Source of the DNA: Felis catus
Lineage: Eukaryota
DNA: 64,000 bases
Direction: 5' to 3'
Assembly (NCBI RefSeq): GCF_018350175.1
Contig: NC_058369.1
Span: forward strand, 27,902,001-27,966,000
Positions 26,260 through 38,210 of the stretch are shown piece by piece. A program made the position numbers and the translations under genes. The notes under the pieces were generated by a model. It ran no database searches. It was given only the letters and a program-made list of their open reading frames with translations, and had not been told where the DNA came from. Positions within the stretch are counted from its first letter, which is position 1, and each line of letters starts with the position of its first letter.

Positions 26260-26968
26260 GGATGGCTGCCTGCCATAGGATCTCCTAAGTCCCCCTAGAA
26301 TATTCCAGTAACAGAGGGAGAAAAATAATCTTGGAAGATTTTGTAGACTATTCATAGGATATTATAACATTGATTTAATTAATGTATAAAATGGGCTATA
26401 AAATGATTTAATGATCAGAGTACTACAGTGCTATAGTGGAAAGAACATCTTTCCAAAGAAAATTCTGCATTTTAGTTAAGACGTTCTCACTAATTATCTT
26501 TGTGCCTTTAAGGGTATTACTTCACTTTTCTAGAATACGTTTACTTATTTTAAAAAAAGGAAATGGACCAATGAGCTATGATGGCAGATTTCTGTCTCTT
26601 ACAGCCTGCAGTCCATGGATCCCATGCATATCACAGTATTTCAAGGCTACATTTCCAGGGGAGGATCAGCAATACTCCCTTCACTTGGTCTGTTAAAGGA
26701 CTAGAGATCCCCTAAGACAATTCATAAAGGAAAGGGAGGTGCTGCAGCCCAAGAACACATTCTTTGTCACAGTATGTGGTCAGATGCTAGTTGGCACTAA
26801 TTTACTTATTCACAGTTGTACGTGCGACATTACTTGTGAAGAGTAGCTACAGTTGCCTGATTGCAGAGATGTGATTAATTTAGGAAAAGGCTGTCACGAA
26901 ATTACAATCCAAACTATCTCAGCAGGTGTCCCTGTAAGTCAGGAGAACATACCTTCCCACAAATACTC

Positions 26969-26969
26969 A

Positions 26970-27048
<79 letters not shown>

Positions 27049-27059
27049 TTCATTCATTC
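26969..27059. repeat. Compound tetranucleotide microsatellite (TTAC)n(TTTA)n(TTCA)n
   Basis: direct reading. Confidence 0.97.
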
Positions 27060-27454
27060 TTGAACAAGAGACAGTGCCCACTGGCCCAGTACAAAAGTGA
27101 ACTCCATTTCTCATCAAAAGATGAAGGGGCAGGGGTGGTAACTGGGATTTTCAGAGAGCACTTTATATATGTCTTGCCTTCATGCAGGTCCATGTGGAAC
27201 CTTTCTTAATTCTGTTTAAAGTTACAGAAAGGCATTTCACAGGATCACTGAGAAAACAACTCCAATGACCCACTTTTCTCATGATCTCAATTCTATCTAC
27301 TTTCTTTTATTGCTCTGGAACTTTACAATGTGAGGAATACATGAATTTGTTTCCTGTGGTAGAGTTAAAAAATAACCCAAACAGAACCCCCCCCCACATA
27401 CACATGCTTATTAAACTGATCAAATCTGAATAAATTTGTATTACACTGATGACA

Positions 27455-27586
27455 ATTCTATCATGTGGTACCATACTATAATTATGCAACATCACAAAAT
27501 GTATAAAGGGCACATGGCGCTGCCCCGTACTTTTTTTTATTACTCTGTAAATCGACAATTATTTCAAAAGACAAAGTTAAAAAAAT
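27455..27586 (+). mobile_element. Short ancient L1 3' end (L1MC/ME-like)
   Basis: aaagggcacatgg...ctctgtaaatcgacaattatttcaaaa...agttaaaaaa. Confidence 0.55.
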
Positions 27587-28010
27587 GATAACCACCAAAA
27601 GCAAAAGAAACACATCCACTTAAAAATGGGATTCAAGAAGTAACTGGAATAGTTCAGACAGTGAAGATGAAGCATCTCATCCTCACTGAATCCTTTTCCA
27701 TAAGAAAAAAATATTTCTGTCGTAATACTATTAATATCTCTCAACAAAGGCAGAAACGTCACCAACATGTGCCACCAGGAAATAAAGATGACCTCTGTTA
27801 GAAATATGCAAAGGACCTGGAATGAACTTCCTACCCCCAGATCACACCAAGAATTTTTATTAGTGAAAGCTCTTTCTTGAAACTAATAGTTCTGACAAAT
27901 AAGATTTCAGTGACGTGCCTGTCTCCAGATGCACAGTCCTAGGCAACTATAAAATAACTTATTTTTCAGCATATGTCTGCCCATTTGAACTGACACGCAA
28001 AGAATATAAG

Positions 28011-28014
<4 letters not shown>

Positions 28015-28077
<63 letters not shown>
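28015..28077. repeat. (TG)n(AG)n compound microsatellite
   Basis: direct reading. Confidence 0.97.
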
Positions 28078-28242
28078 AGAAATGAATAACAAATCACACA
28101 ACATTTGACTTAGACAAAAAAAACATCAACAGAAAGGACACAGTAAGATCACGAAAGGTAAAGTGATCTCACAAAGAGACAAGAAGGGGAACAAAAGCTA
28201 AAAATGGGTAAATGAAGAAGCATTTTAAAGAAAAACAACATA

Positions 28243-28435
28243 GGGGCACCTGAGTGGCTCAGTCAGTTGAGCATCTGACTTCGGCTCAGGTCATGACTCA
28301 CAGTTCGTGGGTCATGTGCTGACAGCTCAGAGCCTGGAGCCTACTTTGGATTCTGTGTCTCCCTCTCTCTCTGCCTCTCTCATGCTCTGTCTCTCTCTGT
28401 CTCTCAATAATAAATAAACATTAAAAAAATTTAAA
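28243..28435 (+). mobile_element. Carnivore SINE
   Basis: head, body with short internal deletion, tail. Confidence 0.95.
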
Positions 28436-28707
28436 GAAGGGCAATTATAAACTGTCAAAGAAATGAAATGATGCTCAAACTTTCTAGAATGTAGGAAATC
28501 TTAAATGGACACAAAAATGAGATGTCATTATATTTACCAGGCTGATAAAAATGAAAATAAGTAACAATATCTATTCCTGATAAGAATTTAGAGAAAGGGG
28601 TATTCTAATACATTGTGGGTTAAAATGTGAATTTTAAAGGGTTTTTTTTGATATACAATCTACATTAATATCAAAAATAGCACGTTTCTTAAACCAAGCA
28701 TTATAAT

Positions 28708-28910
28708 GGGCGCCTGGGTGGCTCAGTCATTTAAGCATCTGACTCTTGATCTTGACTCAAGTCATGATCTCACAGTTCATAGAATTGAGCCCCATGTCAG
28801 GCTCTACACTAACAGCAAGAGCCTGCTTGGGATTCTCTTTCTCTCTCTGCCCCTCTCCCTGTTGTGTGTGCCTTTTCTCTCTAAATCAACAAACAAATAA
28901 ACAAAAAAAA
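28708..28910 (+). mobile_element. Carnivore SINE
   Basis: gggcgcctgggtggctcagtc head, A-rich tail. Confidence 0.95.
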
Positions 28911-28969
28911 TCAAGTATTCTCATGTCTAAGTATCTAGCCCATAAAAATCATGTTACGTGCCAATTGTA

Positions 28970-29182
28970 TTTTTTCAAGTTTGTTATTTTGAGAGAAATA
29001 GAGAGAGCAAGAGCGAGGGAGGGGCAGAGAAAAAGAAAGAGAGAGAGAAACCCAAACAGGCTCCCCACTGGCAGTGCAGAATCCGACATGGGGCTTGATC
29101 CCACAAACCGTGAGATCATGACCTGAGCCGAGACCAGGGGTCAGACGCTTCAGCTTCACCAACTGAGCCACCCAGGTGTTCC
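28970..29182 (-). mobile_element. Carnivore SINE
   Basis: reverse head gagccacccagg, GA tract, TSD-like a.gtg.caatt.ta. Confidence 0.95.
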
Positions 29183-29928
29183 ATGTGTCAATTATAATCT
29201 TAACAAAAATATATACAGTTTTCTTGTAGTAATGTTATAAAACAATACAGTGCCTGGACACAAATGAAATGCCACCAGCCAGAGAATAGCTGTACAATTA
29301 CGCTACAGCCACTCAGAATAATGAATTAGAGTTTTTGATGGCTTTAAAGACAAAAACAAACAATTATTGAAAGAAAAGAATAAAATTCCATTTCTGTAAA
29401 AAGAATGACAAAAATATCCTTCCAGATACGTATGTAGAAGGACACACACATGCACGTATGTGTGTTATTATATCGATACATCAGCATGCTGAAAAATACT
29501 GAAGCATAACCATAGGTCAGGATTTCCCAACTGTTTTCACATCTCTGCACAAATATGCACAGACAACTTTTTTATGATACACCAAGGTAAAAGGATTGAG
29601 ACTATGCCAGAAACGACCAACCCAAGGATTCAGCCACCCAAGTAAGAATTAATACTTGAGCACAGGAGGTGGAAAGTTATAAAGGAGCTTGTTCCCTGGT
29701 GATAAACTGCATAGGGAGGAGGTGGGAGGGATAGTGGTGGATGTCAAGGGCTGGGGGAATAGGCAGAGACCAAAGATACAGACATACACACACATTTACA
29801 TTTCTGTACATGTGTATTTACATATGTGCGTACATGAATTGCATGATCATATTTATGCATTTTTGGAGAAATTATGTTTTTAAATTTTAATTTAGGTCTT
29901 AAACATAATACTTAAAAAAGAGTCCAAG

Positions 29929-30133
29929 GGGGGTGCCTGGGAGGCTTAGTCCGTTGAGCGTTGACTCTTGATTTCAGGTCCAATCATGATCTCATGGTTT
30001 GTGAGTCTGAGCCCCGCATCAGGCTCTGCACTGACAGCATGGAGCCTGGTTGGGATTCTCTCTCCCTCTTCTCTCTGCCCTCCCCCTGCTCGTGTTCTCT
30101 CTCTCTCTCTCAAAATAAATAAACATTAAAAAA
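29929..30133 (+). mobile_element. Carnivore SINE
   Basis: TSD aaaaaagagtccaag. Confidence 0.96.
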
Positions 30134-30732
30134 AAAAAAGAGTCCAAGTAGACGACTGCAAGAATTTCACTGCAAGAATTTCTCCCTTTGATGTCTTTTT
30201 CGTGCTGTTGTTAAAATCTAGACGGCTCAGCAGTTCTCCTTTCCTGCTTCCAGGACCCAGTGTTTGTGATATAAAAACGATCCTCCAGCATGTCCTCACT
30301 ACACTGCACAGTGTAAGTAAGCTTCGGAGGGGAAAACGGCTCTTTCAGATTCAAGAGTTACTGGAGTTTAGAGATGGCCACCTGGCACATCTGGGTAGGG
30401 GTTGATTTTCCCAGCAGGCCATGATTTACTGCCAAAAGCACAGTCTTTTTTCCTTTTGTTTTGACTTAACATGCCAGAAAAACAACACAAGACTGTAAGA
30501 ATTAAACCTAATCCATTAGAGCTGAGTTCTCTAAGGCAGAAGGGAGGCAAGGCTGAACCAAAATGAATGTATCAATCATGCAATGCGGGGGCTCCTGTAT
30601 GATTAGCAAAATTCTTTAAAGGAATGCAGAACAGGTAGGCAGTTCTGCCATCAAATTATCCTGTTTAAGGAAAATGCAGACTTCGTATGCATTTCTACGT
30701 GGAGAGTCTAAGTTTCAATAAGGTGCCGTATT

Positions 30733-30734
<2 letters not shown>

Positions 30735-30770
<36 letters not shown>
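30735..30770. repeat. (GT)18 microsatellite
   Basis: direct reading. Confidence 0.98.
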
Positions 30771-30774
<4 letters not shown>

Positions 30775-31004
30775 AATAATGAAAAGAAGCTGCTCTTCAA
30801 AAACCCCACAGGCCAGATACTTTTGTTAATTTAATTTGGAGTCAACTGCACCGATAATAGTTCACTTCTGTTGTAATTACTGTTGCACTTTAATTTCACA
30901 TATATTTTCATCATCTCAGTGAAACTCTTAGCTCAATAAAGCAGCATAGATTCCCCCCACTATGCCCACCTCCAAAGAATACTTTTGTGTGCTTACATGC
31001 GCGT

Positions 31005-31006
<2 letters not shown>

Positions 31007-31042
<36 letters not shown>
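31007..31042. repeat. (AC)18 microsatellite
   Basis: direct reading. Confidence 0.98.
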
Positions 31043-31045
<3 letters not shown>

Positions 31046-31614
31046 TACATACACATGTTCACATAGCCACACTGTAAATGGGCTCAAAGTGAGCTTGAAG
31101 GATCCATCAAAAACATTTTTTAAACCTTAGCACACACCTAGAGAAGCCAGATTTACTTCATTGTTCAGCAAATTGCAATCTAAAACATGTTAGTTAAGTA
31201 GGAAGCGTGCGTGTGAGTTTCTGTGCTTTCAGGGCAGGGGAGAGAGAGAATACCAGGAAATACATAGGGAAAAAAAAAGAGAGAGAGAGAGAAATCAATC
31301 TAACTTTAGAAAACGTCAAGAAGCTATGGAATGTATCCCTATGTATGTTCTACTCCTGGGCCTCTTAAAAAACAAAACTTTTTTGATATAATGTGGTTTG
31401 GCATTATGGTAAGAATGTGTGATAAAATGTTAGGCATGCAAAATATGAAAACACAAGCACATGTTGACTGGTGTGAGTATGGTGGGGGTAATGTCTTAGA
31501 ATAGAGGCTGCATTCCTTTTGCATATAAATTCAAATTTTTCCGTGCTCAATTTTGAACATACCTTCCCAGAGTCAACTGCACACCTGGGGAAGTCTAGAA
31601 GCTGGTAAGAACAT

Positions 31615-31690
31615 TCTGCATGATACCAGATTATAGATGCCCAATAAACACTCTGCATGATACCAGATTATAGATGCCCAATAAACACTC
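31615..31690. repeat. Perfect 37-bp tandem duplication of unique sequence
   Basis: tctgcatgataccagattatagatgcccaataaacac at 31615-31651 and 31652-31688. Confidence 0.97.
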
Positions 31691-32817
31691 AGGCAAAGAA
31701 CTCAGATCTGGCGAGTACTTGACAATAATGTTTTTATTAGAAACGCTTTACCTGTGTCATTTACCAGTAGCTCCTTTAGTACTAGGCTACATTTAAGTCT
31801 CTCATTTTAAATGTGTTTACACTTAATCTGTGTATAAGAATTGCTGACAAAGCCAACCGTGACATGTCACACTGATGATGTGTTAAGCTGAGGAAATTCA
31901 AACTGCCACAGGCAAAACCCTAACCTTATGAAACAATTTAATCACATTTTTATTGGAGAAGCTTATTAGGAGTTCCAGGTTTTGGGAACTCAACAAATTT
32001 TCTGTATCCTCTGCCAGGTCTGAGAAGAGCAAAGTGTACTTTAAAGTCACCTACCTCAAATTGTAAACTCATCTTCAGAAATTAGATACTGACATTTAAG
32101 GATCATATAAAAGTCAAACTTTTCTATAATGATTGAGAAGTTGAAAATCCTAAATGCCTACATTATAGGAAGAGAAGCTGAGACAGAGGCCAATATGGCA
32201 AATAGCTCTAAAATTTAGTTTCTTTTCTGTATTAGTCATGTGTTAAGAATAAACACCTTCTTTTATACAATATAGTTTTTTTTTCAATCTCTGTTAAGAA
32301 AGAGCCTTCTATCTTTTCAAACCATTGGTTATTATTTTCCACAAAAGCTTGGCTTCTCAATAGTATGATTCCATGTTTGTGGGCTATAAAATCGTAGCTC
32401 TGAGAATATAAAAGAATATAATCACTAAGGAAGCCAATGGAATTCTGTGAGTGCAAAAGTTTTAGACCTTTCTTTTAGCTGAATGATATGGGAGAGCAAT
32501 TCGGCTCTAAGTTTCCATGGCTGGCTGTGAAAAGGAGATAGCATTCAGTCATTCATTCATTTGATAAATATTAAGAGAATGTCAGCAATATTTCAGGTGC
32601 AGAGCTGGGTGGTGTTGAGGTGGCAGAGAACACATTGATTCTGTCTTTAAGAAAATTTGCAACCTACTGCTTCCCATTCTACTTGAACCCAGAGACAAAG
32701 AATGTTTATAAAATATACTGACATTCTCCGAAAGAAAAAAAAAAAAGGTACTCTGTGGAGAGCATGCAAAATTCAAAAGAGGACTTAAAAAACAAATGCT
32801 AAATCATTTATCCAGCT

Positions 32818-33027
32818 GGGGCACCTGGGTGGCTCAGGCAGTTAAGCATCTGACTCTTGATCTCGGCTCAGGTTGTGATCTCACGGTTTTCTGAGTTCGA
32901 GCCCCACGTCGGGTACTGTGCTGACAGTGTGGAGCCTGGCTGGGATTCTCGCTCTCTTCTCTCTCTCTCTGTCCCTCCCCCACTCACGCTGTGTCTCTCT
33001 CTCTCTCAAATAAACATTAAAAATATT
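32818..33027 (+). mobile_element. Carnivore SINE
   Basis: 18-bp TSD taaatcatttatccagct at 32800-32817 and 33028-33045. Confidence 0.97.
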
Positions 33028-33389
33028 TAAATCATTTATCCAGCTTATTCAGGCCTTATGAACCTAGTGATTAATATACTTTTTAATATCTTTATTTCAG
33101 CCATACTCTGGCTAGGTTATTTTTTAAAAGTTGCTTTATTATAAAACCACAGTCAGTAGTACTATCTCAACTCAGCGCTCTTTAATAATCATCTCCAAGC
33201 CTGTAATATATCTAGGCACTGCGCTAACGGCTAGGAACATGAAGACACATGAGAACTCTGTGACCTTGAGAAGCTTATAATACAGAAAGAAAACCTAATG
33301 CATTGCTATTTACCTGATCTCCATCCCCATCTCTCCCTCCTTCCATCTCTCTTACCTAACTGCCTCTGATTTAGTCCAAGCATGCTCCC

Positions 33390-33550
33390 CCAGAAAGCCT
33401 TGGGCTTTGCTAAACCAAAAGGAGAAAGGCCACTCCTTTTGTAAGGGATTGGTTTAGGAAAGGCACATGATCTAGTTTTGGGCAATGAGGAAATTAAGGA
33501 GAAATCTGTGAAATGGGACTTTTGAGGAAGGTTTTTCACTTTTTAAAAAG
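33390..33550 (+). mobile_element. Old MaLR LTR fragment (MLT1J/K-like)
   Basis: gattggtttagg...catgatctagttttgggcaatgag motif. Confidence 0.5.
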
Positions 33551-33589
33551 AGGTAGATGATAAACCCAACTGAATATTTAGCACATGAG

Positions 33590-35240
33590 AAATATGGCAT
33601 CCTCAAATTATTAGTGGGAAAATGGTGTTTCTAATAGGCGCTGGTGGGATGAGCAGATAGTCCCATGAAAGATAAAACCAGATCCGTTCCTTAGACTATA
33701 CACGAGAATACATTTCAAATGTATCAAATATTTAACTGTGAAAAAATGAAATTAAGTACTGGGAAAAACATCGGTGAAGTTCTCAATAACCTAGGAATGA
33801 GGAAAATGTGCTTAATTATGATTTAAAATCCAGAGGCAATAATGGAAAAGAAAGATCTGTAATGTGATTACATTAAACATTTGTATGGTAAAGATTTCAA
33901 AAGCAGACTGGGAAATGATATTTATAATTTACACTAGAGACAAGAGTCCCCAATGTGTACAGGGCTTCAAAAAACAAGGGGGAGAAAGGGATCAACAATC
34001 ATATAGAAAAATGAGATTGAAACATGAACTAATCAGTCACATGAAAATAAACGCAGATGGATATTAACGATTTAGAAAAAAAATATTCAACTTTGCTTTT
34101 AATAAGAGATAAGCAATGAATAGTACACTTAGATACAGTTTCTTACCTATCATATAGGCCTATCTTTCAGTTTGACTACAGGTATGTTGGCCAAACTTGG
34201 GGAAATAGAAACTTTCATATAAATTTTGATAGGAATGCAAATTGGCACATGCAAACCATATGGAAAGGAAAGTAGCAGTGCCTAGGAAAATTTCCTAGGC
34301 ATTTATCTTTTGACACTGAAAGCACACTTCTGGGAATTTATCCAAAAGATGTGCTGACAAAGAGAAAAATGATATATGCACAAAGCTGTTCACTGCAGTG
34401 TTATTTATAGTAACAAAACACTGGAAACAACCAAAAGATCAATAAATGAGGGATGGACTGAATGAAATATGATATAATCCCACAATGGAATACTATGAGA
34501 CTGTAAAAAAAAAGAAATATCTCTAGCAAGTACAGCAAAGTGCTCTCCAGGGTATTTTGCTAAGGACAAAAGGTCAGAGACCAGGAGGAACGCAGATGTG
34601 TGTGTGCATATGTACACATGTGTGTGTATGCACATGCATACACACAAATGTATACATATATGTGACCCTATGTAAATCCATGTATTTATGTTTTTAAAAC
34701 AGAATAAGGGGCGCCTGGGTGGCTCAGTCAGTTAAGCGTCCGACTTCGGCTCAGGTCATGATCTCACAGTCCGTGAGCTCGAGCCCCGCATCGGGCTCTG
34801 TGCTGACACCTTGGAGCCTGGAGCCCGTTTCAGATTCTGTGTCTCCCTCTCTCTCTGCCCTTCCCCTGTTCATGCTCTGCCTCTCTCTGTCTCAAAAATA
34901 AATAAACATTAAAAAAAATTAAAACAGAATAAAAGACTATTACAAATCTATGAGAGGAACAGATAGGATACAAGGAAGAGAGAAAAGTTAGACTTCTTCA
35001 AATTTACCTTGGTTTACAGATTTGACTTTGAAATCATGTAAGTACTCTACCTACATAATTATAAAACAAAGTTAAATCCAAAACAAGAAATCTCTGTATA
35101 CAGAGAGTAAAATAAAGCAAAGGAACACAATTTCAAGTATTCACAGAGGAGCTATTACACAAGACTTTATGTAAAATCACAGTAATTTGTAGAAAAAGTC
35201 TTAAACTGCTTATGGTAATTGTATTATTCGTGCAAAACTA
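33590..35240 (+). mobile_element. Ancient L1 (L1ME-like) ORF2 3' part and 3' UTR, interrupted by a SINE
   Basis: cagactgggaaatgatattta, cttctgggaatttatcc, caatggaatactatg motifs. Confidence 0.75.
34708..34918 (+). mobile_element. Felid SINE
   Basis: TSD ttaaaacagaataa. Confidence 0.97.
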
Positions 35241-35456
35241 GCATTCTTTTTCTGAGACTCTTACTCTGATTGGAGAAACCTACATTTCTAAAGACTCTTC
35301 TGTAGGTTGTCTTTGTTTCCACCATAGATTTTTTGAACTCACATTATTGCCATGATATCCAACCTTTGCATATGATGAGGCCAACATACGTGTGTACTAA
35401 TATAAAAGCATGTATAATATATACATACACACATACATACACTATTATGTTATTTA

Positions 35457-35669
35457 TTTTTTTTTCAACGTTTATTTTATTTTTGGGACAGAGAGAGACA
35501 GAGCATGAACGGGGGAGGGGCAGAGAGAGAGGGAGACACAGAGTCGGAAACAGGCTCCAGGCTCTGAGCCATCAGCCCAGAGCCTGACGTGGGGCTCGAA
35601 CTCACGGACCGTGAGATCGTGACCTGGCTGAAGTCGGACGCTTAACCGACTGCGCCACCCAGGCGCCCC
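35457..35669 (-). mobile_element. Young felid SINE (SINEC_Fc-type)
   Basis: 16-bp TSD actattatgttattta at 35441-35456 and 35670-35685. Confidence 0.98.
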
Positions 35670-36311
35670 ACTATTATGTTATTTAGATAACATGCTCTCA
35701 TGAATTCATGACATTTTTTATTTGAGGAGAGATCACACTGATTCAGTTCTTCCAAACTCGGTGCTCAAGGCTGACCATGACCAACATCGGACCTCACGTT
35801 CTTCTCCATCTATGTCCCCTAAGCTGCTATCTTCTTATAGTCACTAGGCAGAAAACCCTGCTCTTCAAGCATGCACTGTCCTTCTGGCTTGCATTCATCA
35901 ACTTGGATTTTGAGGCTACCAATGGAAACCAACTTAAAACAAGCCCTACATCTAGACACACTTTTGTGTTCGGAAAAGGACACACTGAGGCACTCCCAAA
36001 ATAATGACTTGTGGCCAAGAAGTCACATGGCATCCAGTAGTAAGAAGGACCAAAGGGAATTTACTGTGGAAACAATGTTTACACAACTGTCTTGGATTTA
36101 AAAGATTTAATTTGCGCCCACTGTAGCATAACTCTATCAGAAGACAGACTTTCAAGACCTCAGAGATAATAAAGTTTCAGACAGAAGACACCTCTTGAGA
36201 TAAGATTAATATCTATTCCTACAATAGTACAGAACATTTTCTCAAAAAAATGCATCCTTTTATCATAATAAGGTTGTGTAAGTGGTCTCTGAAGCCAACT
36301 AAGAGTCTTTT

Positions 36312-36355
36312 TTAAGTCTTTTACTTTATTTTGAGAGAGAACATGAGCAGGGGAG

Positions 36356-36403
<48 letters not shown>

Positions 36404-36552
36404 CCCAAGCAGCCTCCTCACTCTGATGCAGGGCTCTAATTTGGGCTCCACAGGGTGCTGGAGGAGGGGCTCGAACTCACAAACTGTGAGGTCATGACCT
36501 GAGCCTAAACCAAGAGTCCGTTGCTTAAACAACTGAGCAACCCAGGCACCCT
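36312..36552 (-). mobile_element. Carnivore SINE with expanded (GA)n and atypical internal segment
   Basis: 18-bp TSD gccaactaagagtctttt at 36294-36311 and 36553-36570. Confidence 0.96.
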
Positions 36553-37012
36553 GCCAACTAAGAGTCTTTTAAGAAGTAAAAGAATAATGAACTAGGAAGA
36601 AGAGGAGGGGGAAAAAATCTATATGGAGGGGAATTGTGATTATTAATTTTGGAAAAATAAATACAGTCTACAACATATAGGAAAAGAAACAGTATTGGGG
36701 CAGGGGCTAATAACGATCACATAGGAGCAGCTAATTTGAAATAGAAGATGTGTAACTTTAAAAGGAAAAGGAAAGCAGTGGGACAATCCCAAGCACTAAC
36801 AGTTTTCTAAGAGACCAGGAAATAGTGGTTTCCTGGCAACTCTTCAGAATGGGACAGCTGCCTATATAAGGTGCTCCTCTAACCGCATAAGCCCTTAGAC
36901 TAGTGTTCAGGGAGTGCTTGAGATACTTCCACCAACCCAAAAGCAAAACAAAAGAGAGGGATCATGCTCTCTCTGAAAGTAAAGACTGCTCTAAAACACA
37001 CCAGCTTTGTCA

Positions 37013-37210
37013 GGGGTGCCTGGGTGGCTCAGTTGGTTAAGCATCTGACTTCCGCTCAGGTCATGGTCTCACAGCTCATGAGTGTGAGCCCTGCACAGGG
37101 CTCCGTGCTGATGGCATGGAGCCTGGAGCCTGCTTCAGATTCTGTGTCTCCCTTTCTCTCTTCCCCTGCCCCACTCACAAAAAATTAAAAAGAGAAAGAG
37201 AGAGAGAGAG
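37013..37210 (+). mobile_element. Carnivore SINE
   Basis: TSD acaccagcttt. Confidence 0.95.
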
Positions 37211-37239
37211 ACACCAGCTTTCTGTTCTTCACTGGTTTC

Positions 37240-37700
37240 TTGTGTTTATTATCCAAGACTCCTTGTTGCAGATGCCAAAAAAGCAAATCACACTAGTTTC
37301 AGCTAAAGAGAGGATTAATTTCATACAACTAGGCATTCTAAAGATAGAATATCAGGCAAATGTGAATCAAGGTACATACCCTTTCTTGTTGTCTCTCCTC
37401 TTTTTGTCACCAAATTCTATTTATTTGCAATTACCTTTTATTTCCGGCCTCATGTTCTTCTTTCACAAGCAGGCTCTGAAACCCAGATCAGGTTTCCATT
37501 TTAAGCCTTCTGTCTCATCAAATCTCATGGAAGGGTTCTAATTGGCCTTGCTTAGGAAATGCAGCAGCTCCATGGGTCAATCACTGGGACGTCCACCTAT
37601 GACATCAGCCATGTCCAAGGCAAGTGCCTACCCCGGTGTAGACAGAACACTAGGCCTGCCAATTCTACCAGGACTGCATGGGGTAGGGAAGGACAGTTTT
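37240..37700 (-). mobile_element. Degraded old MaLR LTR (MLT1K/L-like)
   Basis: agactccttgttgcagatg...cactagtttcagctaaaga; ctaattggccttgcttagg motifs. Confidence 0.45.
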
Positions 37701-37987
37701 TTAATAGGTCCCAACAAAAACGTTTCTCACTATCTTTCCAAAAAGACTATTAGCCCTCTGAGGACAGGGTTGTCTCAAATACTTTTAGCTTTCTCTGTAC
37801 TTTGCCTTAGCAACTCCTTAAAACATGCCTTGTAAGGAAGTAAACTTGAACCAGAATTTTTACTGTATGCATCAAAGAATAATTCCTATTGACTGCAAAC
37901 ATATCCCTTCAAGATTCCATTAAATGACCATGATCACCTAACTAGCATGGGAAAACTGCTCAGAGTATTAAAAACATAAAGAGACAT

Positions 37988-38210
37988 GGGGCACCTGGGT
38001 GGTTCAGTCGGTTAAGATTCCGACTTTGGCTCAGGTCATGACCTCATGGTTGGTGGGTTCAAGCCTCACATCAGGCTCTGTGCTGACAGCTCAGAGACTA
38101 GAGCCTACTTCGGATTCTGTATCTCCCTCTCTCTCTACCCCTCCCCTCCTTGCACTCTCTCCCCCTCTCTCTAAAAAACAAAACAAAATAAAACAAAACA
38201 TTAAAAAATA
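37988..38210 (+). mobile_element. Carnivore SINE
   Basis: head, body, tail; agagaca flanking repeat. Confidence 0.95.

Noticed and set aside
26007..26276. Recurrent similar ORFs (HERGRGRERGRH..., MAQSVK..., PGHDLAVREFEP...) resembling a gene family
   Set aside because: They are translations of SINE copies in different frames
30254..30312. Plus-strand exon-like segment (cttccag|...CAGT|gtaagt)
   Set aside because: Opposite to the inferred host strand, no recognisable product, no partner exon
31615..31690. CRISPR-like 37-bp direct repeat
   Set aside because: Two adjacent copies with no spacer, no cas genes, mammalian context
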